A DNA stretch of 64,000 bases from Alphaproteobacteria bacterium (GCA_965216755.1 CBDCGL010000011.1:4096001-4160000), one strand, 5' to 3'; counted from the stretch's first letter, positions 1 through 11,082 are shown. Notes: generated from the letters alone by a model not told the origin. Numbers and translations: made by a program.

Positions 1-1
1 A

Positions 2-763
2 ATTGGCTTTCGCAGCGGCGGCCAGGGCTCAGGGCGTGCCGTTCAAAATATCGATAACGAAAGTTTGATGCTGACCGGCGACGAAAACATCATCGATATC
101 AACTTTGTCGCGCAGTGGAACGTGAAAGATGCGGCGGCCTACGCGTTCAATGTGCGGAATCCCGAGCAAACGGTCATGGATGCCGCGATGAGCGCGATGC
201 GCGAAGTGATCGGTCATACACGCATTGCCGAAGCTCTTGCCGAAGGCCGCCGAGAGGTGGCCAGTCAAACCGAAGAGCTGTTGCAGGCTGTATTGGACGA
301 ATACAGTACCGGCATACACATTACCCAAGTCAATCTACAACGCGCCGATCCACCACAGGCGGTGATCGATGACTACCGCGACGTACAGCGCGCGCGCGCG
401 GATATGGAGCGCCTGATCAACGAAGCAAAGGCGTATCAAAATCGGGTCGTTCCCGAGGCCAACGGTCGAGCCGCCCAACTTCGACAAGAGGCTCAAGCCT
501 ATAAAGAACAAGTGGTCGCGCGCGCCGATGGTGCTGCGCAACGTTTCGATTCCGTCTATGCGCAATATCGCAATGCCAAGGATGTAACCCGGCAACGCAT
601 CTATTTGGAAACGATGGAAGGCGTGTTCCGAGACATGGAAAAGGTGATCATCGATTCGAGCGACGGCTCTTCGGGTGTGGTGCCCTATCTGCCCTTGCCC
701 GAGCTTCAGAAGCGTGTTCGGCAATCGTCACAGAGCCAGGGTGCTGAGGCGGGTGTCCAATGA
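2..763 (+). CDS. hflK: FtsH protease modulator HflK (5'-truncated by window edge)
   Basis: Frame is open from position 2 (IGFRSGGQ...ESLMLTGDENIIDINF). SPFH-domain sequence; C-terminal YLETMEGV and GVVPYLPLPEL. Overlaps the hflC start (ATGA). Confidence 0.95.
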   Translation: MGFRSGGQGSGRAVQNIDNESLMLTGDENIIDINFVAQWNVKDAAAYAFNVRNPEQTVMDAAMSAMREVIGHTRIAEALAEGRREVASQTEELLQAVLDEYSTGIHITQVNLQRADPPQAVIDDYRDVQRARADMERLINEAKAYQNRVVPEANGRAAQLRQEAQAYKEQVVARADGAAQRFDSVYAQYRNAKDVTRQRIYLETMEGVFRDMEKVIIDSSDGSSGVVPYLPLPELQKRVRQSSQSQGAEAGVQ

Positions 764-1641
764 ACCGTCGCATCAGCGTGATTCTGGGCGTCGCGGGCGT
801 TGTCGGCGTGATCCTGGTCCTCAGTTCCATTTTCTATGTCGATCAGCGCGAACAAGCGTTGGTCATCCAATTTGGGCAACCGCGGCGCGTGGTCCAAGAA
901 CCGGGACTAAATTTCAAGGTCCCATTTATTCAAGACGTTTTGCGGTTTGACAAACGTTTGCTTGACTATGACAACCCCGCCGAGGAAGTCATCGCCGCCG
1001 ACCGCAAGCGCTTGGTCGTCGACGCGTTTTCGCGCTACAACATCGTTGATCCGTTGCGCTACTATCAAACCGTGCGCAACGAGATTGGCTTGCGCGACCG
1101 TCTCGGTTCGATCATGGATGCCAATTTGCGCGAAGTCCTGGGTACAGTGCCGCTGCGTGCCTTGGTGTCGGACGAACGGGCCAACTTGATGCGGCGCATT
1201 ACCGAGAATGTAAGCCTGCAAGCTCAAAGATTCGGCATCGCGGTCAAGGATGTGCGCATCAAGCGTGCCGATTTGCCGCCTGAAAACTCCGAGGCGATCT
1301 ATGGTCGCATGCAAGCGGAACGGAAACAGGAAGCCGCCGAACTGCGCGCCAAGGGCGCCGAGGAGGCCGCCAAGATTCGAGCCGAGGCCGATAAGGACAA
1401 GGTCGTCATCATCGCCGAGGCTGAGCGTGACGCACATATCTTGCGTGGCGAAGGCGAATCGGAAATGAACCGAATCTTCGCCGAATCATTCGGCAAGGAT
1501 CCGGACTTTTTCGCATTTTACCGATCCATGCAGGCCTATCAGGAGGCGCTTGGCAGCGACGACACCACAATGGTCCTGTCGCCGGACAGTCAGTTTTTCA
1601 GGTACTTTGGTACCACATTGCCAGATCGCGAGACCCCGTGA
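760..1641 (+). CDS. hflC: FtsH protease modulator HflC
   Basis: N-terminal TM helix; EPGLNFKVPF, DVRIKRADLP, FFAFYRSMQAY motifs; follows hflK. Confidence 0.95.
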   Translation: MNRRISVILGVAGVVGVILVLSSIFYVDQREQALVIQFGQPRRVVQEPGLNFKVPFIQDVLRFDKRLLDYDNPAEEVIAADRKRLVVDAFSRYNIVDPLRYYQTVRNEIGLRDRLGSIMDANLREVLGTVPLRALVSDERANLMRRITENVSLQAQRFGIAVKDVRIKRADLPPENSEAIYGRMQAERKQEAAELRAKGAEEAAKIRAEADKDKVVIIAEAERDAHILRGEGESEMNRIFAESFGKDPDFFAFYRSMQAYQEALGSDDTTMVLSPDSQFFRYFGTTLPDRETP

Positions 1642-1718
1642 TCGTGTATGTCGTCACTGGCCCATGATCCCGCCCGGCCGGGTCGCCAGGCCGTGTGCGT
1701 CGAGACAGGGACCGCAGC

Positions 1719-1904
1719 GTGAGTGATCTGTTGACCGGGTTGGCCATGGTTTTGGTCATCGAGGGCTTGGTCTACGCCGTATTTCCGACCCAAATGCAGC
1801 GCATGATGGAGATGGCGCGGGCGTTGCCGCCGGCCTCGTTGCGCAACGCCGGTCTCGGTGCGGCGATTACCGGCGTCGCTTTGGTGTGGCTGATTCGTGG
1901 CTGA
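1719..1904 (+). CDS. DUF2065 family small membrane protein
   Basis: GTG start; LAMVLVIEGLVYAVFP...LRNAGL pattern; canonical position after hflC. Confidence 0.85.
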   Translation: MSDLLTGLAMVLVIEGLVYAVFPTQMQRMMEMARALPPASLRNAGLGAAITGVALVWLIRG

Positions 1905-2195
1905 TCGGCGACAGCGTGGCGCTTTGATGACCATGTCGGGCCGGTCGCATGTCCATCGAGAGGTCGGACGCCCCCAGTAAGTTGCGCTCTGGGCCTGCTT
2001 GAAATGGCCATGGGACCGATCTACCTTTAGGCGGACTGGCCAGACGCCGCGGCGCCGTCGGCGGAGAGGCGCCGTTTCACGGAGTGAGACCAATCGGTCA
2101 GGCGATATGCGACTTCCATGCGTTCCAGGGTCTGGTGCGTAAAGCGGGTTTAGCCGGCGAAAGGGCCGGCGCGAAAAATTGAGGATGTTTCCACG

Positions 2196-3722
2196 ATGAC
2201 ATCGGCGACTGACGCTGCACGCGTCGAACGGGCGAGTCTGGTCAGCATGACTATTCGGGCGAGCCGACGAACTGTAGGCGCGGCGGCTGCGGTGACGTTT
2301 GCCGCGACGATATTGTCGCTGTCGGCGGCTGCACAGCAATCGGGGCCGCCCGATTTTGCGGAGTTGGCCGAACGGCTTAACCCGGCAGTGGTCAATATAT
2401 CAACGTCGCAGGCGCGCGGCGGGCGTGGCGCACCGTTCCCGCAATTTCCCCCCGGCTCGCCGTTTGAAGAGTTCTTCAAAGACTTCTTTGACCGACAGGG
2501 TGAAGCACCGGAAGATGAAGAGGAAGAGCGACCTTCGCCGCGCTCGACGTCGCTCGGTTCCGGCTTCGTGATCGATGCCTCGGGCTTCATCGTTACAAAC
2601 AACCACGTAATCGCCGATGCGGACGCGATCACCGTGACATTCTCCGATGACACCACGCTGGACGCTGATGTGGTCGGTCGCGATCCGAAGACCGACGTGG
2701 CCATACTGAAGGTTGAAAGCGAACAACCGCTCACAGCGGTTGAATGGGGCGATTCGGATTCGGCGCGGGTCGGGCACTGGGTGCTTGCCATTGGGAATCC
2801 GTTCGGGCTTGGCAACACAGTGACTGCGGGTATCATCTCGGCGCTGGCCCGGGATATCAACGCCGGGCCCTTTGACGATTTCTTGCAGACCGACGCGGCC
2901 ATTAATCGCGGCAATTCCGGTGGCCCCCTGTTCGATATGGATGGCAAAGTGATCGGCATTAACACCGCGATCTACTCGCCGTCGGGCGGCAGTGTCGGGG
3001 TGGGATTTTCGGTTCCTTCGAATCTGGCCGCCAATGTCGCCTATCAACTGCGCGAATTCGGCGAGACCCGGCGCGGTTGGCTCGGCGTGCGTATTCAAAC
3101 GGTTACCGAAGATCTGGCCGAAAGCCTCGGGCTCAACGCGGCGCGCGGCGCGTTGGTCGCCAGTATCACCGAAGGCAGCCCCGCGGAGGACGCCGGATTG
3201 ATGGTTGGCGACGTGGTGTTGTCGTTCGACGGCAAAGATGTGGCGGCGATGCGGCGCTTGCCGCGAATTGTTGCCGAGACACGAATCGGCAAGAGCGTCG
3301 CTGTCGAGGTTTGGCGCGACGGTCGCACGATCACCAAATCGGTTGTGGTCGGCAAGCTCGATGAGTCGGAGCCGGTCCTGGCGTCGGCGCGAACCCGTCC
3401 GGACGAGCCGCTGACCGAAGAGATCCCGTCGCTGGGTCTAACGCTGTCAACGATCACCTCGGAACTGCGCGAGCAGTATGAGTTGGCGCCTGAGGCGCAT
3501 GGCGTGATGGTCGTGAAAGTCGACGGCGCCAGCTTGGCCGCCGAAAAAGGAATACGGCCGGGCGATTTGATCGTCGAGGTTGGCCAGGAAGAAGTCCAGG
3601 ACCCGTCGGACGTCGCCGCCAAGATCAAGGCGCAGCAGGCCGAGAGTAAGTCCACAGTTTTGTTGCTGCTCGACCGCAAAGGCGATTTACAATTTGTCGC
3701 GGTGCGCTTGTCCGATAGCTAA
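2196..3722 (+). CDS. degP: DegP/DegQ (HtrA) periplasmic serine protease with two PDZ domains
   Basis: GSGFVID, TNNHVI, TDAAINRGNSGGPL catalytic motifs; RGWLGV PDZ entry; signal peptide. Exact start uncertain. Confidence 0.92.
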   Translation: MTSATDAARVERASLVSMTIRASRRTVGAAAAVTFAATILSLSAAAQQSGPPDFAELAERLNPAVVNISTSQARGGRGAPFPQFPPGSPFEEFFKDFFDRQGEAPEDEEEERPSPRSTSLGSGFVIDASGFIVTNNHVIADADAITVTFSDDTTLDADVVGRDPKTDVAILKVESEQPLTAVEWGDSDSARVGHWVLAIGNPFGLGNTVTAGIISALARDINAGPFDDFLQTDAAINRGNSGGPLFDMDGKVIGINTAIYSPSGGSVGVGFSVPSNLAANVAYQLREFGETRRGWLGVRIQTVTEDLAESLGLNAARGALVASITEGSPAEDAGLMVGDVVLSFDGKDVAAMRRLPRIVAETRIGKSVAVEVWRDGRTITKSVVVGKLDESEPVLASARTRPDEPLTEEIPSLGLTLSTITSELREQYELAPEAHGVMVVKVDGASLAAEKGIRPGDLIVEVGQEEVQDPSDVAAKIKAQQAESKSTVLLLLDRKGDLQFVAVRLSDS

Positions 3723-3786
3723 GCGCGTCTTCGACATATGCGGAGACAACTGGCCGCGATGCTCACAGTTGGCATCGCCGGCCAGA

Positions 3787-3822
3787 TGGCATCGGTGCGA
3801 TTCACACCGGATCCCGATGCCA
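3787..3822. repeat. Short palindrome (TGGCATCGG-N18-CCGATGCCA) between convergent degP and serB
   Basis: Perfect 9-bp inverted arms at 3787-3795 and 3814-3822; the same arms recur at 27733-27764. Confidence 0.55.
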
Positions 3823-3833
3823 CTGACGCGGGA

Positions 3834-4733
3834 TCAAAGCACGAACTCATCGCGGCGATAGCCTTGGATATATAGCAATCCGGTCAGGTCCCCGTGATCG
3901 ATGGTCACCGGCGCCTGCGCGGTAACCACGGGTTTGGCATGATACGCGACGCCGAGGCCCGCGACTTGGAGCATGCCAAGATCATTGGCGCCATCGCCGA
4001 CCGCCAGGGTGGCTGAAAGGGGCACACGCTGGGCAATGGCCAGTTTTTCCAGCGCCACCTGCTTGCCGTCGCGGTTGATGATTGGTTCCATGACACGCCC
4101 GGTCAGCTGGCCACCGCGGATTTCCAACTGATTGCCCTGGGCATGGTGAAAGCCGGCCATTTGCCGAACGGCGTCGGTAAATGCGGTAAAGCCGCCTGAA
4201 ATCAACGCCGTGTAGGCGCCATCGGCGCGCATGGTCCGGACCAATGTGGCAGCGCCGGGATTCAGATGGATCTCGGTTTCGATCACCCGCCGCAACGCGG
4301 TCTCCGGCAATCCATAGAGCATCGCGGCGCGGGCGCGAAGAGCTTCCGCAAAACCGATTTCACCGTTCATGGCGCGATCGGTAATTCGACCGACTTCGTC
4401 CTTGACACCGGCGAGCGCCGCCAACGCGTCGACCGTTTCGATACTGATCACGGTCGAATCCATATCCGCAACCAGCAGCCGTTTGCGTCGACCCCGCTCA
4501 GGTTGTATCACCAGGTCGATCGGCGCGTCGCCCAGTGTCGTCCGCAACTCGGTGCCCAGATCAGCCGGGATCGGACGATCCACGGGAATGTCGCAGGCGA
4601 TGTCGTCGGCTAGCCATGTGGGCAGGCCGGGTTGCGCGCCCCGGTCGCGGAGCACGTTTCCCAATCGATCGACGATAGCGGTGCCGAGTGCGGCCAACAT
4701 CGGATCCGAGATCAGCGTGACAATGACGCTCAT
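3834..4733 (-). CDS. serB: Phosphoserine phosphatase SerB
   Basis: HAD motifs ADMDSTVI, LISGGF, AVGDGANDLGML, AYHAKP. Start trimmed to MSVIVTLIS (ATG 4733), divergent from miaA. Confidence 0.93.
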   Translation of the reverse strand: MSVIVTLISDPMLAALGTAIVDRLGNVLRDRGAQPGLPTWLADDIACDIPVDRPIPADLGTELRTTLGDAPIDLVIQPERGRRKRLLVADMDSTVISIETVDALAALAGVKDEVGRITDRAMNGEIGFAEALRARAAMLYGLPETALRRVIETEIHLNPGAATLVRTMRADGAYTALISGGFTAFTDAVRQMAGFHHAQGNQLEIRGGQLTGRVMEPIINRDGKQVALEKLAIAQRVPLSATLAVGDGANDLGMLQVAGLGVAYHAKPVVTAQAPVTIDHGDLTGLLYIQGYRRDEFVL

Positions 4734-4763
4734 GAAAATCAATTCGCCGTCGAGGTTTGTGGG

Positions 4764-5714
4764 ATGAGCGGGTGCAAAGCCATCATTGTGGTCGCCGGGC
4801 CGACGGCGACCGGCAAGTCGAAGCTCGCCATGGACCTCGCTCTGCGCATCAATGGCGCGGTTATAAACGCCGACAGCATGCAGGTCTATCGCGATCTGAG
4901 AGTGCTGACGGCACGGCCCAGCAGGACCGAAATGGCGGGTGTGCCGCACCATCTTTACGGCATTTTGTCGGCGACCGAACCATGTTCGGCCGCCCGATGG
5001 CGCGATCTGGCCGAAGGTCAGCTGGCAAGCTGCATCGACCGGGGACAAGTGCCCATATTGGTTGGCGGTACCGGATTGTATTTGCGCGCCTTGCTGGACG
5101 GGTTGGCCCCGGTTCCAGACGTGCCGAGGTCGACCCGTGTCGAGGCTGAACGATTGTTCGACACCATCGGCGCGACCGCATTTCACGACCAGCTTCGAAG
5201 TCGCGATCCAAAAATGGCCGGACGGCTGAAGCCACGCGACCGGCAACGTTTGATCCGGGCCTGGGAAGTTGTAACCGCGACCGGTCGGTCATTGGCGGAT
5301 TGGCAAACACTGCCACATTCACCGCCTTATCCGGCACCACATTTCAAAATCGTTTTGCGCCTCGAGCGGACGGCGCTTTACGAAGCCTGCGATCGACGAT
5401 TTGAAACGATGATGGCGGCCGGCGCCTTGGATGAAGTGCGTGCGCTGGAGCGCCGCGGCTTGGATCCGCGATTGCCCGCGATGAAGGCACTGGGCGTGCC
5501 GTCCTTGCGCCGGCATTTGCACGGCGCCATTGATCTGGAAACGGCCGTCAACCGCGCCAAACGCGCCACCCGGCATTATGCCAAACGGCAAACCACATGG
5601 TTTCGTCATCAAATGAATGCGGAGTTGGTGCTGTCAGATATAGACGACGACAATGTCCATGTGGCGGTTGACGCAAGCCGGAGCTTTCTGGCTCGTGAGC
5701 GCACGGCGAAATGA
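4764..5714 (+). CDS. miaA: tRNA dimethylallyltransferase MiaA
   Basis: AGPTATGKS P-loop, INADSMQVY, VGGTGLY, TRHYAKRQTTWF. Confidence 0.96.
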   Translation: MSGCKAIIVVAGPTATGKSKLAMDLALRINGAVINADSMQVYRDLRVLTARPSRTEMAGVPHHLYGILSATEPCSAARWRDLAEGQLASCIDRGQVPILVGGTGLYLRALLDGLAPVPDVPRSTRVEAERLFDTIGATAFHDQLRSRDPKMAGRLKPRDRQRLIRAWEVVTATGRSLADWQTLPHSPPYPAPHFKIVLRLERTALYEACDRRFETMMAAGALDEVRALERRGLDPRLPAMKALGVPSLRRHLHGAIDLETAVNRAKRATRHYAKRQTTWFRHQMNAELVLSDIDDDNVHVAVDASRSFLARERTAK

Positions 5715-5820
5715 CTGGTTCGACTCGACCGCCGCAAGCGTTATAAGAGACGTACTATGGAATACGCGATCGCCCCGCTGCGCCCCGGCGGCGGGGCAGA
5801 TTGTGCTGGCGGAGGCGGTG

Positions 5821-7569
5821 ATGCAGCTTAGCGGCGGCGAAATTGTGGTGAAGGCCCTGACCGACTTGGGTGTCGACGTGGTTTTCGGCTATCCGGGCGG
5901 CGCGGTCTTGCCGATCTATGACGCCATTTTTCGGCAAAATGCGCTGCGACATGTCTTGGTGCGGCACGAACAAGCGGCGGTGCATGCCGCTGAGGGCTAT
6001 GCGCGATCGACTGGAAGAGTCGGCGCGGTGTTGGTCACGTCGGGGCCGGGCGCGACCAACGCCGTGACGGGGCTGGCCGACGCGTTGATGGATTCCGTAC
6101 CGATTGTTTGTTTGACGGGGCAGGTGCCGACCCACCTGATCGGCAATGATGCTTTTCAAGAAGCCGACACCGTCGGCATTACGCGGCCATGTACAAAGCA
6201 CAATTACTTGGTCAAGGACGTCGCCGACTTGGCTTCGATCATGGCCGAAGCCTTTTATGTGGCGCGCAGTGGCCGGCCCGGTCCGGTGGTTGTGGACCTG
6301 CCCAAAGACGTCTTGAATGCAGCGATCGATTACACACCAGCCAGCGAGGTGGCACACAAGTCCTACCGCCCGATAACCCGTGCGCCCGAAGCTGATATCG
6401 CGACTGCCATGCGCCTTTTGGCCGGCGCACGCAAGCCGATCATTTATGCCGGCGGTGGTGTGATCAACTCGGGCGACGCCGCATCCGAGGCTTTGGCGTC
6501 GCTGGCCAAGGCGACCGGATTTCCGGTCACAAACACATTGATGGGCCTGGGTTGTTTCCCTGGCAGCGACAGTCAGTTTTTGGGCATGCTGGGCATGCAC
6601 GGCACGTATGAAGCCAATATGTGCATGCACCAATGCGACGTGATGCTGGCCGTTGGGGCGCGTTTCGACGACCGGGTAACGGGGCGGCTGAGCGACTTTT
6701 CGCCCAATTCAAAAAAGATTCAGATCGACATCGATCCGTCGTCCGTGAACAAGAATGTTCGCGTTGATTTGCCGTTGATCGGCGACGTCGCAACGGTGCT
6801 GAAGGACTTGCTCGCGGCTTGGAAGGACGTCAAATCGAACCTCGATCGCGAGGCGATCACCGACTGGTGGCGCCAAATTGATGAATGGCGCAGCGTCGAC
6901 AGTTTGGCGTTCAAGCCATCGAATGGCGTGATCAAGCCACAACAAGCGTTGCAACGGCTGAATGCGTTGACCCGCGACCGTGATGTGTTTTTCACCACCG
7001 AAGTGGGGCAGCATCAAATGTGGGCAGCCCAATTCTTAACCATGGATCGGCCGCGGCGCTGGATGACCTCGGGCGGGCTCGGCACCATGGGCTATGGGTT
7101 TCCGGCCGCCGTTGGCGTGCAGACAGCGCACCCGGACAGCCTGGTGATCGATATCTCGGGCGAGGCGTCGTTTCTTATGAACATGCAGGAATTGTCGACC
7201 GTCGCGCAGTATCGCCTGCCAGTCAAAGTGTTCATTCTCAACAACGAATATATGGGCATGGTCCGTCAGTGGCAGGAGTTTTTCCATGGCGGTCGCTATG
7301 CGGAGAGCTACACGGATTCATTGCCGGACTTCGTGAAGTTGGCCGAATGCTACGGCATGCTGGGGTTGCGTGCCACGAAGCCCGATGACATCGGCTCGGT
7401 TATCCAGCAGATGATTGACCATCCGGGCCCGGTGATCGCCGACATCATGGTCGAGAAACAAGAGAACGTGTATCCGATGATCCCGGCCGGCGCGGCGCAC
7501 CACGAAATGAAGCTCAACTCCGACGACCATGTGCCGACCCGCACCGAGGAAGGCATGGTGCTTGTCTAG
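5821..7569 (+). CDS. ilvB: Acetolactate synthase large subunit (IlvB/IlvI)
   Basis: FGYPGGAVLPIYD, RHEQAA, TSGPGATN, GMLGMHG, TSGGLGTMGYG motifs; start trimmed to ATG 5821. Confidence 0.96.
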   Translation: MQLSGGEIVVKALTDLGVDVVFGYPGGAVLPIYDAIFRQNALRHVLVRHEQAAVHAAEGYARSTGRVGAVLVTSGPGATNAVTGLADALMDSVPIVCLTGQVPTHLIGNDAFQEADTVGITRPCTKHNYLVKDVADLASIMAEAFYVARSGRPGPVVVDLPKDVLNAAIDYTPASEVAHKSYRPITRAPEADIATAMRLLAGARKPIIYAGGGVINSGDAASEALASLAKATGFPVTNTLMGLGCFPGSDSQFLGMLGMHGTYEANMCMHQCDVMLAVGARFDDRVTGRLSDFSPNSKKIQIDIDPSSVNKNVRVDLPLIGDVATVLKDLLAAWKDVKSNLDREAITDWWRQIDEWRSVDSLAFKPSNGVIKPQQALQRLNALTRDRDVFFTTEVGQHQMWAAQFLTMDRPRRWMTSGGLGTMGYGFPAAVGVQTAHPDSLVIDISGEASFLMNMQELSTVAQYRLPVKVFILNNEYMGMVRQWQEFFHGGRYAESYTDSLPDFVKLAECYGMLGLRATKPDDIGSVIQQMIDHPGPVIADIMVEKQENVYPMIPAGAAHHEMKLNSDDHVPTRTEEGMVLV

Positions 7570-7748
7570 AGCCGTGTCCGACAATGTAGGCGCCCGCCGG
7601 TCGCGAACCCGCAGGGCCGGGCGCCTTTTCGCCAATCTTGGCGTCCCTGTCCTTGGCCGTATTCCCGATACGCCCCGCGCACAGCGACTTGATCTTGGCA
7701 AAAATTCGCGCCGGCAGAATGGTCCAATATCGTCGGATACTGCTCTAG
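7566..7748. mobile_element. MITE-like palindromic element with CTAGAGC termini (full copy)
   Basis: Left end ctagagccgtgtccgacaat vs reverse complement of right end ctagagcagtatccgacgat (17/20). Internal CGTAT-TCCCG-ATACG hairpin. Its 3' ~115 bp recurs at 36909-37026. Confidence 0.75.
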
Positions 7749-7765
7749 GGGCTTGAAGCGCGACG

Positions 7766-9280
7766 CTACTGGTTCAGGCTGCGGATAGCCCGCGCTCGCT
7801 CGGCGTGGGTGGCGCCTTCTGATTTGCGGCCGATCCGCGCGAGCACGGCGGCGTAGTTGTCGAGTGCCCGGGCGACCAATGGATGGTTGGGGCCGAACGC
7901 GGCCTCGCGGATCCGGATAACGCGTAGCCGCAATGGCTCAGCGTCATCCAGTTTTTGTTGGCTTTCATATAGAAAGGCGAGATTACCGAGCGCGGTCGCG
8001 ACATCGGGGTGTCTCTTGCCGAGCGCGTTCTCCAGGATCTTAAGCGCCCGGCGCTGCAGCGGTACGGCGTCTTCGAAGACCCCTTCATGGGCGTAGATCA
8101 GCGCCAGATTGCTCAACGAGCGGGCGATCGCCGGGTGGCGTGAATCCAACGAAGATTCCCAAATCGCGACCGCGCGCATCAACAAGATCTCGGCATCCTC
8201 CAACCGTTCCTGTGACATATAAAGCTCAGCCAAGCTGCTCAAGGTGCCAGCAATTGCGGGAGCTTCTGGCCCAAACGTCGTTTCCAAAACGGCAATCGCC
8301 TGGCCGTGCATTTGTTCAGCCGCTTCAAGGTCGCCTGCGTCGCGATAGAGCAAGCCCAAATTGCGCAAGGTCATGGCAACATCGGGATGGTCATTGCCCA
8401 GAGCTGCCCGCTTGGCCTCAAGCGACCTTTGATAAAACGCTTCGGCCCGATCGAAATCGCGTTTGTTGTGATACAGGCTGGCCAGACTGCCCAAGATCCG
8501 CGCGGTGGTCGGTGTTTCGGTCGAATCGTGGCGGCGCAGAATGAACAACGCGCGCAGATAGTACGGCTCGGCCTCGTCAAACCGCCGCTGATTGTGCAGC
8601 AATATGGCGAGTTCGTTGAGCAAATCCGCGACCTGCTCGTTGTTTGCGCCCGCTTCTTGCTGTTGCAGTGACAGCGCCTCGCGCAGCAGCGGTTCCGCCT
8701 CGGCGTAGCGGTCGAGCACGCGGTAAAGGCGGCCCAGCTCGGTCAATGCCAGGACTTGACCCGCCGATCGCGTGGACTCCGCATCTCTACGGATTTTGAC
8801 CGCGCGCTTCAGCCGCACTTCGGCCTGATCGTACCAACCGCGATTGCGCTGGATGCCGCCTAAAGCGACCAGTGTATCGGCGACCATGGCATGGTTTTGC
8901 CCGAGCGTGTCTTCCCGGATGACAAGCGCCGTGCCCATCGCCGAAACGGCATCATCGTAGGCGCCACGCAAGGCCAGAATGTCGGCCAAAGCATGGTGGC
9001 TGCTGGCGACGGCCAAATGCTGACTGCCGAGCGCCGCTTCATTGGCGATGGCCGCTTCGCGCGCCATTTGCAGCGCCGTTTCCAGATCGCCGGTTGCGAT
9101 CATCTCTTGGACCGCAACATTCCGCTTCTCCGCCGCAGCTGCTTGGTCCTGGGCGGTGACTTGCTCTTGAGGCGCGGTCTGGGTCTGCTCTTGGGCCCGA
9201 ATTTCGCCGCCACCCGGCCCCGGCCCAACCAACACTAGACCGAACGCTATGATCGCGACGGCACGGTCCAAATTACGCAT
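7766..9280 (-). CDS. Secreted tetratricopeptide-repeat protein (42-aa kinesin-light-chain-type TPRs)
   Basis: Signal-peptide-like N-terminus; repeats such as HPDVAMTLRNLGLLY, HPAIARSLSNLALIY, HPDVATALGNLAFLY. Confidence 0.9.
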   Translation of the reverse strand: MRNLDRAVAIIAFGLVLVGPGPGGGEIRAQEQTQTAPQEQVTAQDQAAAAEKRNVAVQEMIATGDLETALQMAREAAIANEAALGSQHLAVASSHHALADILALRGAYDDAVSAMGTALVIREDTLGQNHAMVADTLVALGGIQRNRGWYDQAEVRLKRAVKIRRDAESTRSAGQVLALTELGRLYRVLDRYAEAEPLLREALSLQQQEAGANNEQVADLLNELAILLHNQRRFDEAEPYYLRALFILRRHDSTETPTTARILGSLASLYHNKRDFDRAEAFYQRSLEAKRAALGNDHPDVAMTLRNLGLLYRDAGDLEAAEQMHGQAIAVLETTFGPEAPAIAGTLSSLAELYMSQERLEDAEILLMRAVAIWESSLDSRHPAIARSLSNLALIYAHEGVFEDAVPLQRRALKILENALGKRHPDVATALGNLAFLYESQQKLDDAEPLRLRVIRIREAAFGPNHPLVARALDNYAAVLARIGRKSEGATHAERARAIRSLNQ

Positions 9281-9467
9281 GGGTTAGAACTCCATATCGA
9301 CCACGGTAGCACACGGCGCGCGGGAAGTGCACGCCGGCGGCCGATTGCTTTACAAGCGAACACATTTGGGGGACAGTGCCGCGCCGCAATAAGACGGCCG
9401 TGTGTGCGGAGCCGTCGCGCGCGAGAATTATTTGCCGTGTTGGCACAAAGATCAGCTGAGGACGAGT

Positions 9468-9971
9468 GTGAGCGAAGTCCAAACCCATACGATCGCGTGT
9501 TTGGTCGACAATGAGTTCGGTGTTCTCGCACGCGTGGTCGGACTGTTCTCTGGACGGGGTTACAATATCGAGAGCCTGACCGTCGCCGAGGTTGACGCGA
9601 CCAACCGCTTGTCGCGGATCAACTTGGTGACGTCTGGCACGCCGATGGTGATCGAGCAAATCAAGGCGCAGCTGGATCGATTGGTGCCCGTGCGTGAAGT
9701 TGTCGATTTGACCGAGGCGGGACCCCATGTCTCACGCGAATTGGCACTGATCAAAGTCGCTGCGGTTGGCGAAAAACGTGTCGAGAGTCTGCGTATCGCC
9801 GATGTGTTTCGGGCGCGCGTGGTGGATAGCACCAATGAGTCTTTTGTCTTTGAGATTACGGGCACGACAGACAAGTTGGACGCCTTTATTCGGTTGATGG
9901 AACCGTTGGGTCTGACCGAGGTCGCGCGGACCGGCGTGGCGGCGATGGCGCGCGGCGCGCAAGGTCTGTGA
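9468..9971 (+). CDS. ilvN: Acetolactate synthase small (regulatory) subunit (IlvN/IlvH)
   Basis: ACT domain LVDNEFGVLARVVGLFSGRGYNIESL; RELALIKV; GTG start with GAGGA RBS. Confidence 0.95.
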   Translation: MSEVQTHTIACLVDNEFGVLARVVGLFSGRGYNIESLTVAEVDATNRLSRINLVTSGTPMVIEQIKAQLDRLVPVREVVDLTEAGPHVSRELALIKVAAVGEKRVESLRIADVFRARVVDSTNESFVFEITGTTDKLDAFIRLMEPLGLTEVARTGVAAMARGAQGL

Positions 9972-10059
9972 CCGGCACCATTGGCGACGCGGCGGCAGTA
10001 ACGGATCAAAAATCAAAAAAGCCGGTTCGCATGGCCGAGCCTGGGTGAGGAGGGGATAG

Positions 10060-11082
<1,023 letters not shown>

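Noticed and set aside
4734-5246. Long N-terminal extensions in the ORF track (serB 470 aa; likewise leuA from 11148, ilvB from 5653, fbiC from 46914, LLM from 41355, npdG from 44440)
   Set aside because: Extensions overlap neighbouring genes or regulatory DNA and lack family similarity; starts were trimmed.
7529-7756. Short ORFs sharing LGVPVLGRIPDT (also 36835-37026)
   Set aside because: The shared peptide is simply translation of the repeated MITE; no RBS or other sign of genes.
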